A stretch of DNA of 32,000 bases, taken from positions 1 to 32,000 of the forward strand of contig NJBF01000010.1 in assembly GCA_003144275.1 (NCBI GenBank). The letters are read 5' to 3'. Positions 16,223 through 25,774 of the stretch are shown piece after piece. The notes under the pieces were generated by a model that worked only from the letters and a program-made list of their open reading frames with translations, ran no database searches and was not told where the DNA came from. The translations under genes and the position numbers were made by a program. How positions within the stretch are numbered: position 1 is the stretch's first letter; each line of letters begins with the position of its first letter. The DNA is from Candidatus Heimdallarchaeota archaeon B3_Heim. Lineage in GTDB: Archaea > Asgardarchaeota > Heimdallarchaeia > Hodarchaeales > Hodarchaeaceae.

Positions 16223-18361
16223 TTAGCTTACTTTCGTCCCATTAGAGACATCTTTATCAGGAATCAATAATCCTAAATCTTTACCTTCTACTGCTGCAAG
16301 AAGCATTCCTTCAGATCTAACACCACGAATGGTTGCAGGTTCTAAATTAACAATAACTGTAATTTTTTGATCTATCAATTCTTCAGCATTGCGGAAAGAT
16401 GCGAGTCCAGCTACCAATTGTCTTTCTCCAATTTCTTCTCCTAAATCAACCCTTATCTTAAGGAGATTTTTGGCTTTAGTTATTTTTTCGGCTTTTCTAA
16501 TTGTTCCTATTCGGATATCAAGTTTTTCAAAATCTTTGAATGGAATAATTCTTCTATCTGGCAATTTTTTCACCTTTTTTGTCTTTTTACTTTGTTTTCT
16601 ATGAATATCCTCAAGTTGTTTCTGTATCTTTTCTCTCTCAATTTTAGCGAATAGGGGTTTGGATTCTAGTATTTCAGAACCAGGATTTAATTTGAGTTTT
16701 CCTGCCTCACTTAAAAGCTGATTATGGACGCTTCCCTTCTGTTTAAGCACTTTCCATATTCTAGTGGCCGAATCAGGTATGATTGGTGATAGCAAAATAC
16801 TTAGTGTAGCAACTGATTGAACACAAAGATATAAAGTGGTTTCTACTGCAGTAATATCAGTTTTTATTAATTTCCAAGGTTCTTTTGAACTCAAATACCC
16901 ATTAGCTGTTCGTGCAAAATCAATTATGGCACTAGTTGCCTTCTTAAATTCAAAATTGTCAAAATTATCAGCAACAGATTCGGGAACAGTGTGAATAGCA
17001 GAAACAAATTCTCTATCCGTAGCATCTAATCTGTGACATTCAGGAATCTTACCTTCGAAATATTTGTGTAGTAAAACAAAAACTCGATGAATATAATTTC
17101 CCAAAACGTCATTGAGATCGCTATTCACACGTTGTTCTAATTCAGGCCATGTAAAAGAAGTATCTTTAATTTCAGGGCGAGTTGCAGCCAAATAATATCT
17201 CCAATAATCAGTTGGTAGAAGTTTAGCTGCCTCATCAATCCAGATACCAACACCTCGAGATTTACTGAATTTTTTATCATCAAATATAAGAAATTCAGTA
17301 GTGCTCACATTGTAGGGGAGAACAAATGGATCACCGTAGCTATCCTTCGTTCCTAAAAGGAGTGCTGGAAAAAGGAGAGTATGAAAGAAGATATTATCCT
17401 TACCAATAAAGAAAATAGTACGAGTATCTTGATCAAGCCAAAATTGCTTCCAATAGTCTGGATCTTTGTATAAGCGTAGTCCAAGTTCGGCTGAAGCAGA
17501 AACATATCCTAAAACCGCCTCTAGCCATACATAAATTGATTTTCCCTCTGCTTCAGGTATTGCAGGGCCCGCAGGAATCCCCCATGCTAAATCTCGAGTT
17601 AAAGTTCTTGCTTGTAACCCCTCCTCCAGAATATGGTTGGAAAATTTTCGTGCATTATCAGGAAAGTTTTGATTTCGGTGTATGAAATCAGTCAATTCTT
17701 CTTGAAAAGCACCAAAATTATAATACCACTGGGTTGTGGACTTAAACACTGGAGGTTTTCCACAAATTTTGCATAAAGGACTGATTAATTCAACTGGACG
17801 AAGTGGTTTACCACAAGCTGGAGAATCACACTGATCACCTCGTGCTCCCGGGGTTTTACAATGCGGACAAGTCCCTTCAACAAATCGATCTGGTAAAAAT
17901 CGCTTATCTGTTTCACAGTACAATTGGTCAATCTCTTTACTAAATATAAATCCGTTTTCGAAACATCGACGGTAGAAATCCTGTACCCATTGATAATGGA
18001 AAGAATTAGCAGTTTTTGAATAGTTGAGATCAATATTCCATGTGTGGAGTAACTCTAGAATTTGAATGTGATGACGATTAACTAGCTCTTCAGGCGAAAT
18101 TCCTTCAGTTAGAGCCGCAACTTCAATCGGTGTCCCGTGACAATCCGAACCAGTTGCTGAAATTACATTTGCTCCGCGGAGCTTCAAGTAACGAACATAA
18201 ATATCAGCACTGAGTAGGTGTAAAACTGTTCCAAGATGGGGAACGGCGTTAACATATGGCCATGCAGGACACACAACAAATTTCTTATCAGTTAAATCTT
18301 CCAGGAGAGACACATCCAAAATAATGGCTAGTTTTTTTACGAAAATGATTATTAAGTACAA
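16223..18361 (-). CDS. metG: methionyl-tRNA synthetase with C-terminal tRNA-binding OB domain
   Basis: PYVNAVPHLG (HIGH-like), GSDCHGTPI, Zn knuckles (CPHC...GDQCD...CKICG), YVWLEA, FIGKDNIFFH, KFSKS, then LDIRIGTI...LEPATIRGVRSEGMLLA; true start probably GTG 18313. Confidence 0.97.
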   Translation of the reverse strand: MYLIIIFVKKLAIILDVSLLEDLTDKKFVVCPAWPYVNAVPHLGTVLHLLSADIYVRYLKLRGANVISATGSDCHGTPIEVAALTEGISPEELVNRHHIQILELLHTWNIDLNYSKTANSFHYQWVQDFYRRCFENGFIFSKEIDQLYCETDKRFLPDRFVEGTCPHCKTPGARGDQCDSPACGKPLRPVELISPLCKICGKPPVFKSTTQWYYNFGAFQEELTDFIHRNQNFPDNARKFSNHILEEGLQARTLTRDLAWGIPAGPAIPEAEGKSIYVWLEAVLGYVSASAELGLRLYKDPDYWKQFWLDQDTRTIFFIGKDNIFFHTLLFPALLLGTKDSYGDPFVLPYNVSTTEFLIFDDKKFSKSRGVGIWIDEAAKLLPTDYWRYYLAATRPEIKDTSFTWPELEQRVNSDLNDVLGNYIHRVFVLLHKYFEGKIPECHRLDATDREFVSAIHTVPESVADNFDNFEFKKATSAIIDFARTANGYLSSKEPWKLIKTDITAVETTLYLCVQSVATLSILLSPIIPDSATRIWKVLKQKGSVHNQLLSEAGKLKLNPGSEILESKPLFAKIEREKIQKQLEDIHRKQSKKTKKVKKLPDRRIIPFKDFEKLDIRIGTIRKAEKITKAKNLLKIRVDLGEEIGERQLVAGLASFRNAEELIDQKITVIVNLEPATIRGVRSEGMLLAAVEGKDLGLLIPDKDVSNGTKVS

Positions 18362-18756
18362 TTAAGGGAGGAGTTGATAGGCAAGTAGAATGAAAAGCTT
18401 CAACCCTAATAAGGCGAACTAAGGTATTATCTTGAAAGAAACCAAAAAGGACTTCAAAGTAATTCAAGCATTTGGCAATCCCACATGTTATTTCGCCTCA
18501 AAAAGAGCAGAAAAACGAGCATTTAAAATTCTTTCGAGGTTTTACTCAATATTGGATAAATTTTTGTTATGTGTATAAAAGAAAAATGTAAATCTTATAC
18601 TGTCGAGTATCTACTGAGAAGTGTGTATTTTGTCTACGAAGAGAATAAGGGCTTTTTTCGTGTAGCTTATAAAAAATATTATAAAGTTCTGCAAAGGAAG
18701 CTCCCATGACCAGTTAGACACTTGAGGTTTAATCGGTATAAAAACAAGAATACGAT

Positions 18757-18804
18757 GGGATTCAGCGTGCCAAAAAACATTGTTTTTTATTAGCGCTGGA
18801 TCCC
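18757..18804. other. long imperfect hairpin in a 670-nt intergenic region
   Basis: GGGATTCAGCG...CGCTGGATCCC (11 pairs, one is G-U on the + strand) enclosing AAAAAAC-att-GTTTTTT; followed by a polypyrimidine tract. Confidence 0.45.
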
Positions 18805-19034
18805 CTCCCTCCCCCCTCTTACTGTTTCTCTTATTTAATAACTTAATTTACTTTAATTGAATTTTCGAATGCATTTTATTTGTTTTCAGAAATAATCGAA
18901 GAAAACTAAAGCTTTCAAAAAACTAATGACTAGTTAAATGGTTGAACTCGGCTAAAAATGACTTTTAATGGATAAAGAATAGTTCTCCTCTAGCAAAGTA
19001 CCCATTACTTGTCTCTTTGATGGTTTGCTCGGAG

Positions 19035-19331
19035 TTATCCTGTTTTACTCTTATTAATTTCTGATGCGTAGACTAAGGTAGCTGCAATGTCATCAACTGA
19101 ATCTCCTAAAGATTTACAGCTATCAACTTTTTCACGCATCGATTGTTTCATAGCTTTGAAAACTGCATATTGACGATCCAAGGAGAATTTTGAATACAAG
19201 CTCGCCATTACTAACATACTTGCGATTCGGGCTGTTTTTTTTGGATTTTTGCGAAATTCCTTGTCATCAAGAACCATAATTTCTTGGAGTTTGTTAAACC
19301 GTTCAAGAATATCTTTATACGCTTCACTCAT
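19035..19331 (-). CDS. hypothetical helical protein
   Basis: 98-aa ORF, ATG preceded by AGGTGA (minus strand, 19341-19346); no family recognised. Confidence 0.75.
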   Translation of the reverse strand: MSEAYKDILERFNKLQEIMVLDDKEFRKNPKKTARIASMLVMASLYSKFSLDRQYAVFKAMKQSMREKVDSCKSLGDSVDDIAATLVYASEINKSKTG

Positions 19332-19577
19332 GGAATAGAGTCACCTAATTCGTAGCTGTTTTGAAAGGTTAATATATTGAGGAGTATGATCGTAAGTTAT
19401 TGCCTTTTAAAATAAATAAAAGTGTTATCGTCAGATTATGTTTGTTAAAGAACCAACTTTCCTATAAACCTAATTTTATAGATACATAATTGCAAGTACA
19501 GTCAGAGTTTTATTCACTTATACTTATTAATTAGAAGCCTCTCCTTTGATACAGGTAAAAATTTCGGTGAAGATACC

Positions 19578-20030
19578 ATGCTAACGGAAGAAGAATGGTT
19601 AGATCGACTCGCAATTGAAGCTCAAGAACTAACTCGGGAACAACCTACCTTCCGATCAGTGAATAATGATTTAACTTTTTGGAAAGGAGAAATTCTTGGT
19701 TCGGGGTTATATGAGGGTGGTGTATTTGTAATAGAAATAAAAATTCCGCGTAATTACCCATTTGAACCACCTAAGGTACGATTTAAAACCCCTATTTGGC
19801 ATGTGAATATATTCAGGGAGAAAGTGTGTGTAGGTGTTCTTGGAAAGGATTGGAGTCCCGCCTATAGCTTGGTACAGATTGTCGAAACAATTCGATTTCT
19901 TTTAACTAGTCCTAACCCAGATGATCCGCTTAACGCGACCGCAGCACGTCAATGGAAACGGAACAAGAATGTATTTCGGAATCAGGTTCTAGATTATATT
20001 CGACGCTATGCCCACTGGAATCAAAAATAG
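19578..20030 (+). CDS. ubiquitin-conjugating enzyme E2 (active-site Cys present)
   Basis: YEGGVF.IEI.IP..YPFEPPKVRFKTPIWHVNI...VCVGVLGKDWSPA...LLTSPNPDDPLN; SD GGTGA. Confidence 0.93.
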   Translation: MLTEEEWLDRLAIEAQELTREQPTFRSVNNDLTFWKGEILGSGLYEGGVFVIEIKIPRNYPFEPPKVRFKTPIWHVNIFREKVCVGVLGKDWSPAYSLVQIVETIRFLLTSPNPDDPLNATAARQWKRNKNVFRNQVLDYIRRYAHWNQK

Positions 20031-20037
20031 ATGGAAT

Positions 20038-21069
20038 TTAAACTCCTCGATGAATTTCCCGCTTGACTGAATATTTTTCAGGATATTCAAGTCTCGCAAA
20101 GATTTTATCAGCCTTGACTTCCTGCTTCAAGGTCTCTAACCAAGTTGTGTCATCTTCTGCATCTAATCCCCATACAAATAATGCTTTTTTATATCCACTT
20201 TCTTCATAGAGAGTTGAACTACGAAGTGCATGAGTTAAAGCATCCCAACTCGGTGTACCAGGTTCTGGATACATGGGAGAATAAGGCATGATATGATATA
20301 TTACATATCCACAAATTTCTATAATTCTATCCAGATTTATCCCATAATGACGTATAAATCCTTCTTGCCATTCAGTTTCAGGATCAACTGGGACAACCAT
20401 GCCAATATCTAAGCTAGGTCGCTCGCTTCTTGCATTCTCGACTGTTTGACGAAATGCTCTACTGATAAGATCAACACGCCAATCTTCAAACATTCGTTGA
20501 ATAGAAGGGTCCTTCTGGATATCGAGGTAGCTGGTATCAAGACTTACACCTGATAATTCCGCAAACTTACGAACTGCTCTTTTTGAAAATGAAAATTCCT
20601 GTCTCGGGAAGAGAAATTCTTGGAGAACTAATGATCGAATGGGTTTACGGGCCACCTCACGAGATATTTGGCTCAGATGTTTCCAGTACCCCTCCATACT
20701 GGGGTCGACATATGTAGTCATTAGAGTGCCATCAGAGCGACCAATTGAATAATTCGGATCCGATCCGAGATATGAATCACCAAAGGCATAGGAAAAAGCA
20801 TGGGTTTTCATACCAAGGTCATTCGCTAATTCTGTAAAATCAGTAAAGAAATTTTCATAATTCCGATCACTAGGCGCTGCTCCACTTCGAAAAGTCACCA
20901 ATCCATCCTCTTTCTTGCAAACAAGCGCTACTTCTTCAACCACTCCTCCGTATTCAGCAAGAAACGCGTTTGCTCCTTGGCCTGCAAGTGAATCAGGTGT
21001 AGTAGGATCAATTACAGGAATAAAACCATGTTCGATTAATTCGTCTAAGTTCAATATGGTATCCCTCAA
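20038..21069 (-). CDS. putative glycoside-hydrolase-like TIM-barrel protein (GHL10/DUF4015-like)
   Basis: KKEDGLVTF, ELANDLGMKTHAF, YVDPS...YWKHL..ISREVA, LVLQEFLFP, YHIMPY; resemblance by eye only. Confidence 0.5.
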   Translation of the reverse strand: MRDTILNLDELIEHGFIPVIDPTTPDSLAGQGANAFLAEYGGVVEEVALVCKKEDGLVTFRSGAAPSDRNYENFFTDFTELANDLGMKTHAFSYAFGDSYLGSDPNYSIGRSDGTLMTTYVDPSMEGYWKHLSQISREVARKPIRSLVLQEFLFPRQEFSFSKRAVRKFAELSGVSLDTSYLDIQKDPSIQRMFEDWRVDLISRAFRQTVENARSERPSLDIGMVVPVDPETEWQEGFIRHYGINLDRIIEICGYVIYHIMPYSPMYPEPGTPSWDALTHALRSSTLYEESGYKKALFVWGLDAEDDTTWLETLKQEVKADKIFARLEYPEKYSVKREIHRGV

Positions 21070-21242
21070 AGGACTCTCGTATACGATCTTGATTCTAGTG
21101 ATTCTTTTTAAAAATTATCCTTTATTGTTGTAGAAAAAATCTTAAACAGAAATCCTACCTCCTCCACCGAAAGGCATTAATAAAGAAATTAAGAGGATAT
21201 TAAACGTAAAAAATCACTTTACCGTGAAATGTGTGAACAATC

Positions 21243-22187
21243 ATGGGGAACTTCGTAGAATGGGCTCCTGGAGTATTTCGGATTGTAGGGAAAACAGGTA
21301 AACAAAAAGAAGAATTTGCTAGCTATTTGGTCATGGGGGAAAAGATAGCAATAATTGATTTACCCTCGAGATCAGTTGGAAAGGACATAATTTCGTATGT
21401 TAAAAAAGAAGGGAGAGATACTTCAGATATCAAATACATAATTCTAACACATACTCATCCTGATCATTGGGCTGGTATTAGTGCACTGTCAAAGATAAAA
21501 CCACAAATCGTAATTCATGAGTCAGGATTAAAAGCCCTGACCGAAGGGCAGAAATACATACTGGATAAGCAATTCCCAAATCCTTCGAAATTTAGTTTGG
21601 CAATGAAATCATCTCTCTTCTCGAAAATTGGGAAAGTAAAAGAAGAACTCATTACGTGTATTAGTGATAGTGAAACAATTGATTTAGGATCAGAAGAACT
21701 AATTTTACAATCAACAGGAGGACATTCTAAAGATTCTATCCTAATTCAAGCATATTCAGCCAAGTGCACATTTATTGGCGATGAGGGAAATATTGCACCC
21801 GAACAAGCTGCCTCATTCTTCATTGATGGTACTGGAAGTTCTCAGAAACGGTTGAAATTGCTAAAAATGTTGTCTAATATATCTACAGAGGTAATATGTC
21901 CAGCTCACCAGAGTCCTGTTCCACATCCTTTTGATTTATACCTACACAATTTGATTTTTGAGCATAAACACACGAAAGATACAATATATGATATTCTTGT
22001 AAGTGCAGGAGAAGCTAAAATCCATTACATTGCCGAAGAATACCTTAATACACTTGGAATATCATGGGAATCCCCATTTGAAGATTTAGGAGTGGCATCA
22101 ACGACAGCAACTGCGTTTCTAAAGGAAATGGAGGATGAGGGACGAACCCAATACGAAACTCATTCAAAACGATGGAGTATTAACTGA
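21243..22187 (+). CDS. metallo-beta-lactamase-fold hydrolase
   Basis: THTHPDHW (HxHxDH), TGGHSKDS, FIGD, ICPAH. Confidence 0.9.
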   Translation: MGNFVEWAPGVFRIVGKTGKQKEEFASYLVMGEKIAIIDLPSRSVGKDIISYVKKEGRDTSDIKYIILTHTHPDHWAGISALSKIKPQIVIHESGLKALTEGQKYILDKQFPNPSKFSLAMKSSLFSKIGKVKEELITCISDSETIDLGSEELILQSTGGHSKDSILIQAYSAKCTFIGDEGNIAPEQAASFFIDGTGSSQKRLKLLKMLSNISTEVICPAHQSPVPHPFDLYLHNLIFEHKHTKDTIYDILVSAGEAKIHYIAEEYLNTLGISWESPFEDLGVASTTATAFLKEMEDEGRTQYETHSKRWSIN

Positions 22188-22197
22188 ATTCCTTCCT

Positions 22198-22653
22198 TCA
22201 ATCAAGAAACCAAGCTGAGTTTTCAATTAGGTCAATATCAATTGAAATCCAGGTATCATTACTACCGTCAAGATTTGTTTCGTGTAGCAAACGTACATAT
22301 ACAAACATTTCAGGTTGGTAAAGGTATAAATCCCACGTAAATCCTTGTTTAATGGAAAAAGCGTTAATTCCTGCATCAAAAATTTGCCCCTTCTTAATTT
22401 CAGAATAAATGAGCTCACCATCTAGAGGTTGTTCCAGAATTCGTGAAATTATTTTCTGTAAATCAGAGAATATTCCTGTAATTTCCTTTTGAGGCTCAGA
22501 GTAGATATTCCAAGTTATAATGGTATTTTGATTCTGTTTCTTTATCTTAACAGGTAATGTTCTTTTACGATTTGGTGTTAATTGGTCCAAATGATATTCT
22601 AGTGCCTGTACCAGTTCTTGGAGAACTATAGGTAAGTGTGTTATTTCGTTCAT
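22198..22653 (-). CDS. hypothetical protein
   Basis: 151-aa ORF starting 1 nt after the RING gene stop (operon-like); no family recognised. Confidence 0.65.
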   Translation of the reverse strand: MNEITHLPIVLQELVQALEYHLDQLTPNRKRTLPVKIKKQNQNTIITWNIYSEPQKEITGIFSDLQKIISRILEQPLDGELIYSEIKKGQIFDAGINAFSIKQGFTWDLYLYQPEMFVYVRLLHETNLDGSNDTWISIDIDLIENSAWFLD

Positions 22654-22654
22654 A

Positions 22655-22867
22655 TTACCACTTTTTATTACAGTAAGGACAATAATTTTTCTTTGCTAAC
22701 CAACGTAGCATATGTTGTTGATGGGCTTTACTATGACAGTGGGGACATTCCATTAATGGATCGTCATCTTTAACAGGCTTCCAACAGATAATACACCGTG
22801 AAGAGACTTGAAATGGATCCCAGTTTCCAATGGGACGAGAAATTATTTTTATTCGATTCCCTTTCAT
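22655..22867 (-). CDS. small RING-finger protein (putative E3)
   Basis: CIIC-x12-CPHC-x4-H-x2-H...RWL...CPYC; conserved RING Trp. Confidence 0.8.
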   Translation of the reverse strand: MKGNRIKIISRPIGNWDPFQVSSRCIICWKPVKDDDPLMECPHCHSKAHQQHMLRWLAKKNYCPYCNKKW

Positions 22868-22958
22868 GTTTTAATTCTCCATCCGCTTTTGCCAGTTTTT
22901 AGAGCCTTCAAGAGTGAATTTAATTTTGTACTGAATGATTTGTCCCATAAGAGTGCGT

Positions 22959-23342
22959 CTACCTCTCATTGGTTGTCATTAGCGATTCTAATTTGCTGAG
23001 AATCCGTGATAAGTCCTTTTTCAATGTTAATAAATCAATTGTTTCAATATGTCGGTTATTGGTTGTAATAGACTGCTGTTGTTCCATTTTACGGTCTAAA
23101 ATTCCTAATATTACAATCAAATCAGAGAAACTTTTACTCAGATCGGTTATGAGATCTGATTGACTCGTGATTTCTTTTGAAACAGTTTCCAATTTTTGTT
23201 GAAGCATATCGAACCTGTTTTCTATTTTTCCATATTCAGAAAAGACTGAATCAATTACCGTTTCCAATCCTTTAACAGTCGGTACGTCTCCTTTTGGAGT
23301 TTTTAAAGATTCAATTTCGATTTCACGCGATTTTTTAACCAT
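22959..23342 (-). CDS. hypothetical coiled-coil protein
   Basis: Heptad-like hydrophobic pattern (IENRFDMLQQKLETVSKEI...LSRILSKLESL); start placed at ATG 23342 (track start 23375). Confidence 0.65.
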   Translation of the reverse strand: MVKKSREIEIESLKTPKGDVPTVKGLETVIDSVFSEYGKIENRFDMLQQKLETVSKEITSQSDLITDLSKSFSDLIVILGILDRKMEQQQSITTNNRHIETIDLLTLKKDLSRILSKLESLMTTNER

Positions 23343-23578
23343 TTTAATCCACAAAAAGTAATATCCTTGCTTCAATACAGCTAAGAAATTTACCCATAAA
23401 ATTCTATTGAAATAACATTCTTATTTTCTAAGTCCTTAAATTCAATTTTAGTTTGGAATCTCTTTTAAAGTTTCTATTCCTTTTTTAATCCGTGTATAGG
23501 AGATACAACATACATCAGTATCTTTAATGTCTGAGTTCTATTTCAGACGTTAGCATTAATGAAAGGATTTATTTCCAT

Positions 23579-24148
23579 ATGCAAATATCATCTGAAAACA
23601 TATTCTCGGTAATATTACTCGGTACAAGTGGAGTGGGAAAATCCTCCATCGCCTTTTACTTAGAACATGGTTATCCCGCGCCAGGTAATATAAAACCAAC
23701 GATTGCCTTTGGCATCTCTCATGTCGAGATTGGATCTACATTATTGGGTTTAATTGATGTTGGCGGGCAGAAGAGATTTTTAGATATGCGGTATCATGAA
23801 CGCTTTGTTCGTACTGCTGATGGAATTGTTTTTGTTGTAGATAGTTCACAAAGAAACTTTAGATACGATGAACAGTGGTTAGATGAAGCATTACGTTTAA
23901 TACCTGGCAAGATACCAATCTTAGTAATAGCAAATAAACAGGACTTACCTATAGCATTATCTCCAGACTTTATTCACAAAGCTTTCGTTGAAGCTCATCT
24001 AAAGGAGTATGAATATCAAATTTTTGGCACTGTAGCGACAGATCCTGGTGGGGTTCGAAGTGGTGAAAATCTTGAAGCAGCTTTTGAGTATCTAGTAGAA
24101 GAAATGATAAAATATCGCAAAGTTGTGGTTGAGCAAACCCAAGTTTGA
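23579..24148 (+). CDS. Arf/Sar-like small GTPase
   Basis: G1 GTSGVGKS, G2 PTIAF, G3 DVGGQ, VFVVDSS, G4 NKQD. Confidence 0.85.
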   Translation: MQISSENIFSVILLGTSGVGKSSIAFYLEHGYPAPGNIKPTIAFGISHVEIGSTLLGLIDVGGQKRFLDMRYHERFVRTADGIVFVVDSSQRNFRYDEQWLDEALRLIPGKIPILVIANKQDLPIALSPDFIHKAFVEAHLKEYEYQIFGTVATDPGGVRSGENLEAAFEYLVEEMIKYRKVVVEQTQV

Positions 24149-24328
24149 AAATCAAATGAAAATATTTAAGATTTATCCTTATAGACTAATCTAGCTAAGC
24201 TTGAAGCTTTTTTATGAATTTTAAGGATTAATTTTCAATTCTAAGATAAGATTTAGGTTCCCTTGAATTGAGTTCAACTAATAAGTAATGGAGTTGTATT
24301 TTTCACCAGATCCCCTCAGAGGATATGT

Positions 24329-25129
24329 GTGCTACACTTGTTCGAAAAAATACGCGTAACTAGTGGTATTCGTTATTTAGATGAGCTTACACAAGGCGGC
24401 CTTATCAAGGGTACAACAAATCTGATCATTGGGCCTGCTGGAGCTGGAAAAACTATTTTCGGGTTACATTTTCTGTCAGAAGGAGCATTAAAGAATGAAA
24501 ATGGTCTACTTGTAGCTATGCAGGAACCTCCATGGGCTATTCGTCGTGACGCGAGTAATTTTTCTTTTTTTGATCATAATCACTATGTTGAACCAGAAAA
24601 AATTGTTATGCTTGATTTTACCCCTTCAGGTTGGGAATTATGGGATCCAGATAGTCTTAATTTAACAGAGGACACTCCATTTGTCATTGAAGCCGAAGGT
24701 GTGCCATACGATGAAACTTCATTGCCAACCTTCCTACATAGAGTGTTTTACCATATAAGTCAAGTGGTGGAAGAAAAGAAAATTGAACGTATTGTTATTG
24801 ACCCATTAGCGGCATTTCGATTTTATGACTATGGTAATGATCAGGGTTTTTTAAGGAAAATAACTACAGGCTTTTTAGCTAATATTGCCTCACTTAATGT
24901 AACCACACTAGCAATATCAGAATTACCAAGTAATTCAGGCACTTCAATCTTTGGAGAAGAGTATATTGCCGATTCGATTATTCATCTGGATATGCTGTCA
25001 GTACGAGGAGAGATGATGAGAATCCTCAGAATCAGTAAAATGAGAGGAACAAAACATACTACTAAAACATTGACATTTCAGATCACAAATGACGGGATAG
25101 TATTTCTCGAAGCAGATGATGAGGAATAG
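24329..25129 (+). CDS. single-domain KaiC/RAD55-like RecA-superfamily ATPase
   Basis: GPAGAGKT, RIVIDP, EEYIADSII, ISKMRGTKH. Confidence 0.88.
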   Translation: MLHLFEKIRVTSGIRYLDELTQGGLIKGTTNLIIGPAGAGKTIFGLHFLSEGALKNENGLLVAMQEPPWAIRRDASNFSFFDHNHYVEPEKIVMLDFTPSGWELWDPDSLNLTEDTPFVIEAEGVPYDETSLPTFLHRVFYHISQVVEEKKIERIVIDPLAAFRFYDYGNDQGFLRKITTGFLANIASLNVTTLAISELPSNSGTSIFGEEYIADSIIHLDMLSVRGEMMRILRISKMRGTKHTTKTLTFQITNDGIVFLEADDEE

Positions 25130-25308
25130 GTGTAATTCTCCTATTTATCCAGAGAAGAAGAAGAATTCTATGGGCTCTCAAAATCCCCTTTCGTATCGTT
25201 TATAAGTTAAAGGTCAAGTAAATAAGTGGGATCGACAAGTTATCCTCAAAAACAGATAAATTACGGTTAACTTGATTTGGTGAATAATTTAAAGGCTGGT
25301 AATCAAAT

Positions 25309-25551
25309 ATGCAGATAAATATAGTTCAGGCAATTGGAGGAGGACAGATTACACTCACCTGTGAGAAAACAGAATCTTTGGCATCAATTAAAGAGCGAGT
25401 TGCTCAACAAAAAAGAATTCCTGCTCGTTCAGTCATTCTTGTATTTCAGGGGAAGCAGCTTGATGAGAGCGAGACCTTAAAGTCAGCAGGAATAGAAGAC
25501 CTAGATAAATTATATATGATTACGAGAACAACTGGCGGAATGGTTCGTTAG
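25309..25551 (+). CDS. ubiquitin-like protein, precursor ending GG-MVR
   Basis: SIKERV, LVFQGKQLDE (compare ubiquitin LIFAGKQLED), TRTTGG followed by 3 extra residues. Confidence 0.92.
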   Translation: MQINIVQAIGGGQITLTCEKTESLASIKERVAQQKRIPARSVILVFQGKQLDESETLKSAGIEDLDKLYMITRTTGGMVR

Positions 25552-25557
25552 TCATCA

Positions 25558-25565
25558 TTTTTTTT
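25558..25565 (+). terminator. candidate archaeal oligo-T terminator
   Basis: T8 tract 6 nt after the ubiquitin stop codon. Confidence 0.35.
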
Positions 25566-25774
25566 AACCCCCCCTTTTGTAGACATTTGTATGATAATTT
25601 TGTTATCTAAGGGGCATTTACCTTAAGAAAGAGCCGTTCTTAAAAACTATTTTCAATTTCCTCTTGGAATTCTTTTGTTATTGTTTCCAAGGAAATATAA
25701 AATCTCTATTGATATGTTAAAAACACAAAGCAAATGAACGTGAAATCTTGCTTTGTTTGATTCGGGTAGCAAAA

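Noticed and set aside
18801-18820. G-quadruplex on the minus strand (G6-A-G3-A-G4)
   Set aside because: Only three separate G3+ tracts; a three-tier quadruplex would need a zero-length loop
18362-19034. T-box or SAM riboswitch upstream of metG
   Set aside because: No T-box or specifier-loop motifs recognised, and T-boxes are not established in archaea
24329-25129. Circadian KaiC or RadA recombinase
   Set aside because: Single ATPase domain, no kaiA/kaiB nearby, no RadA N-terminal domain; generic KaiC-like call kept
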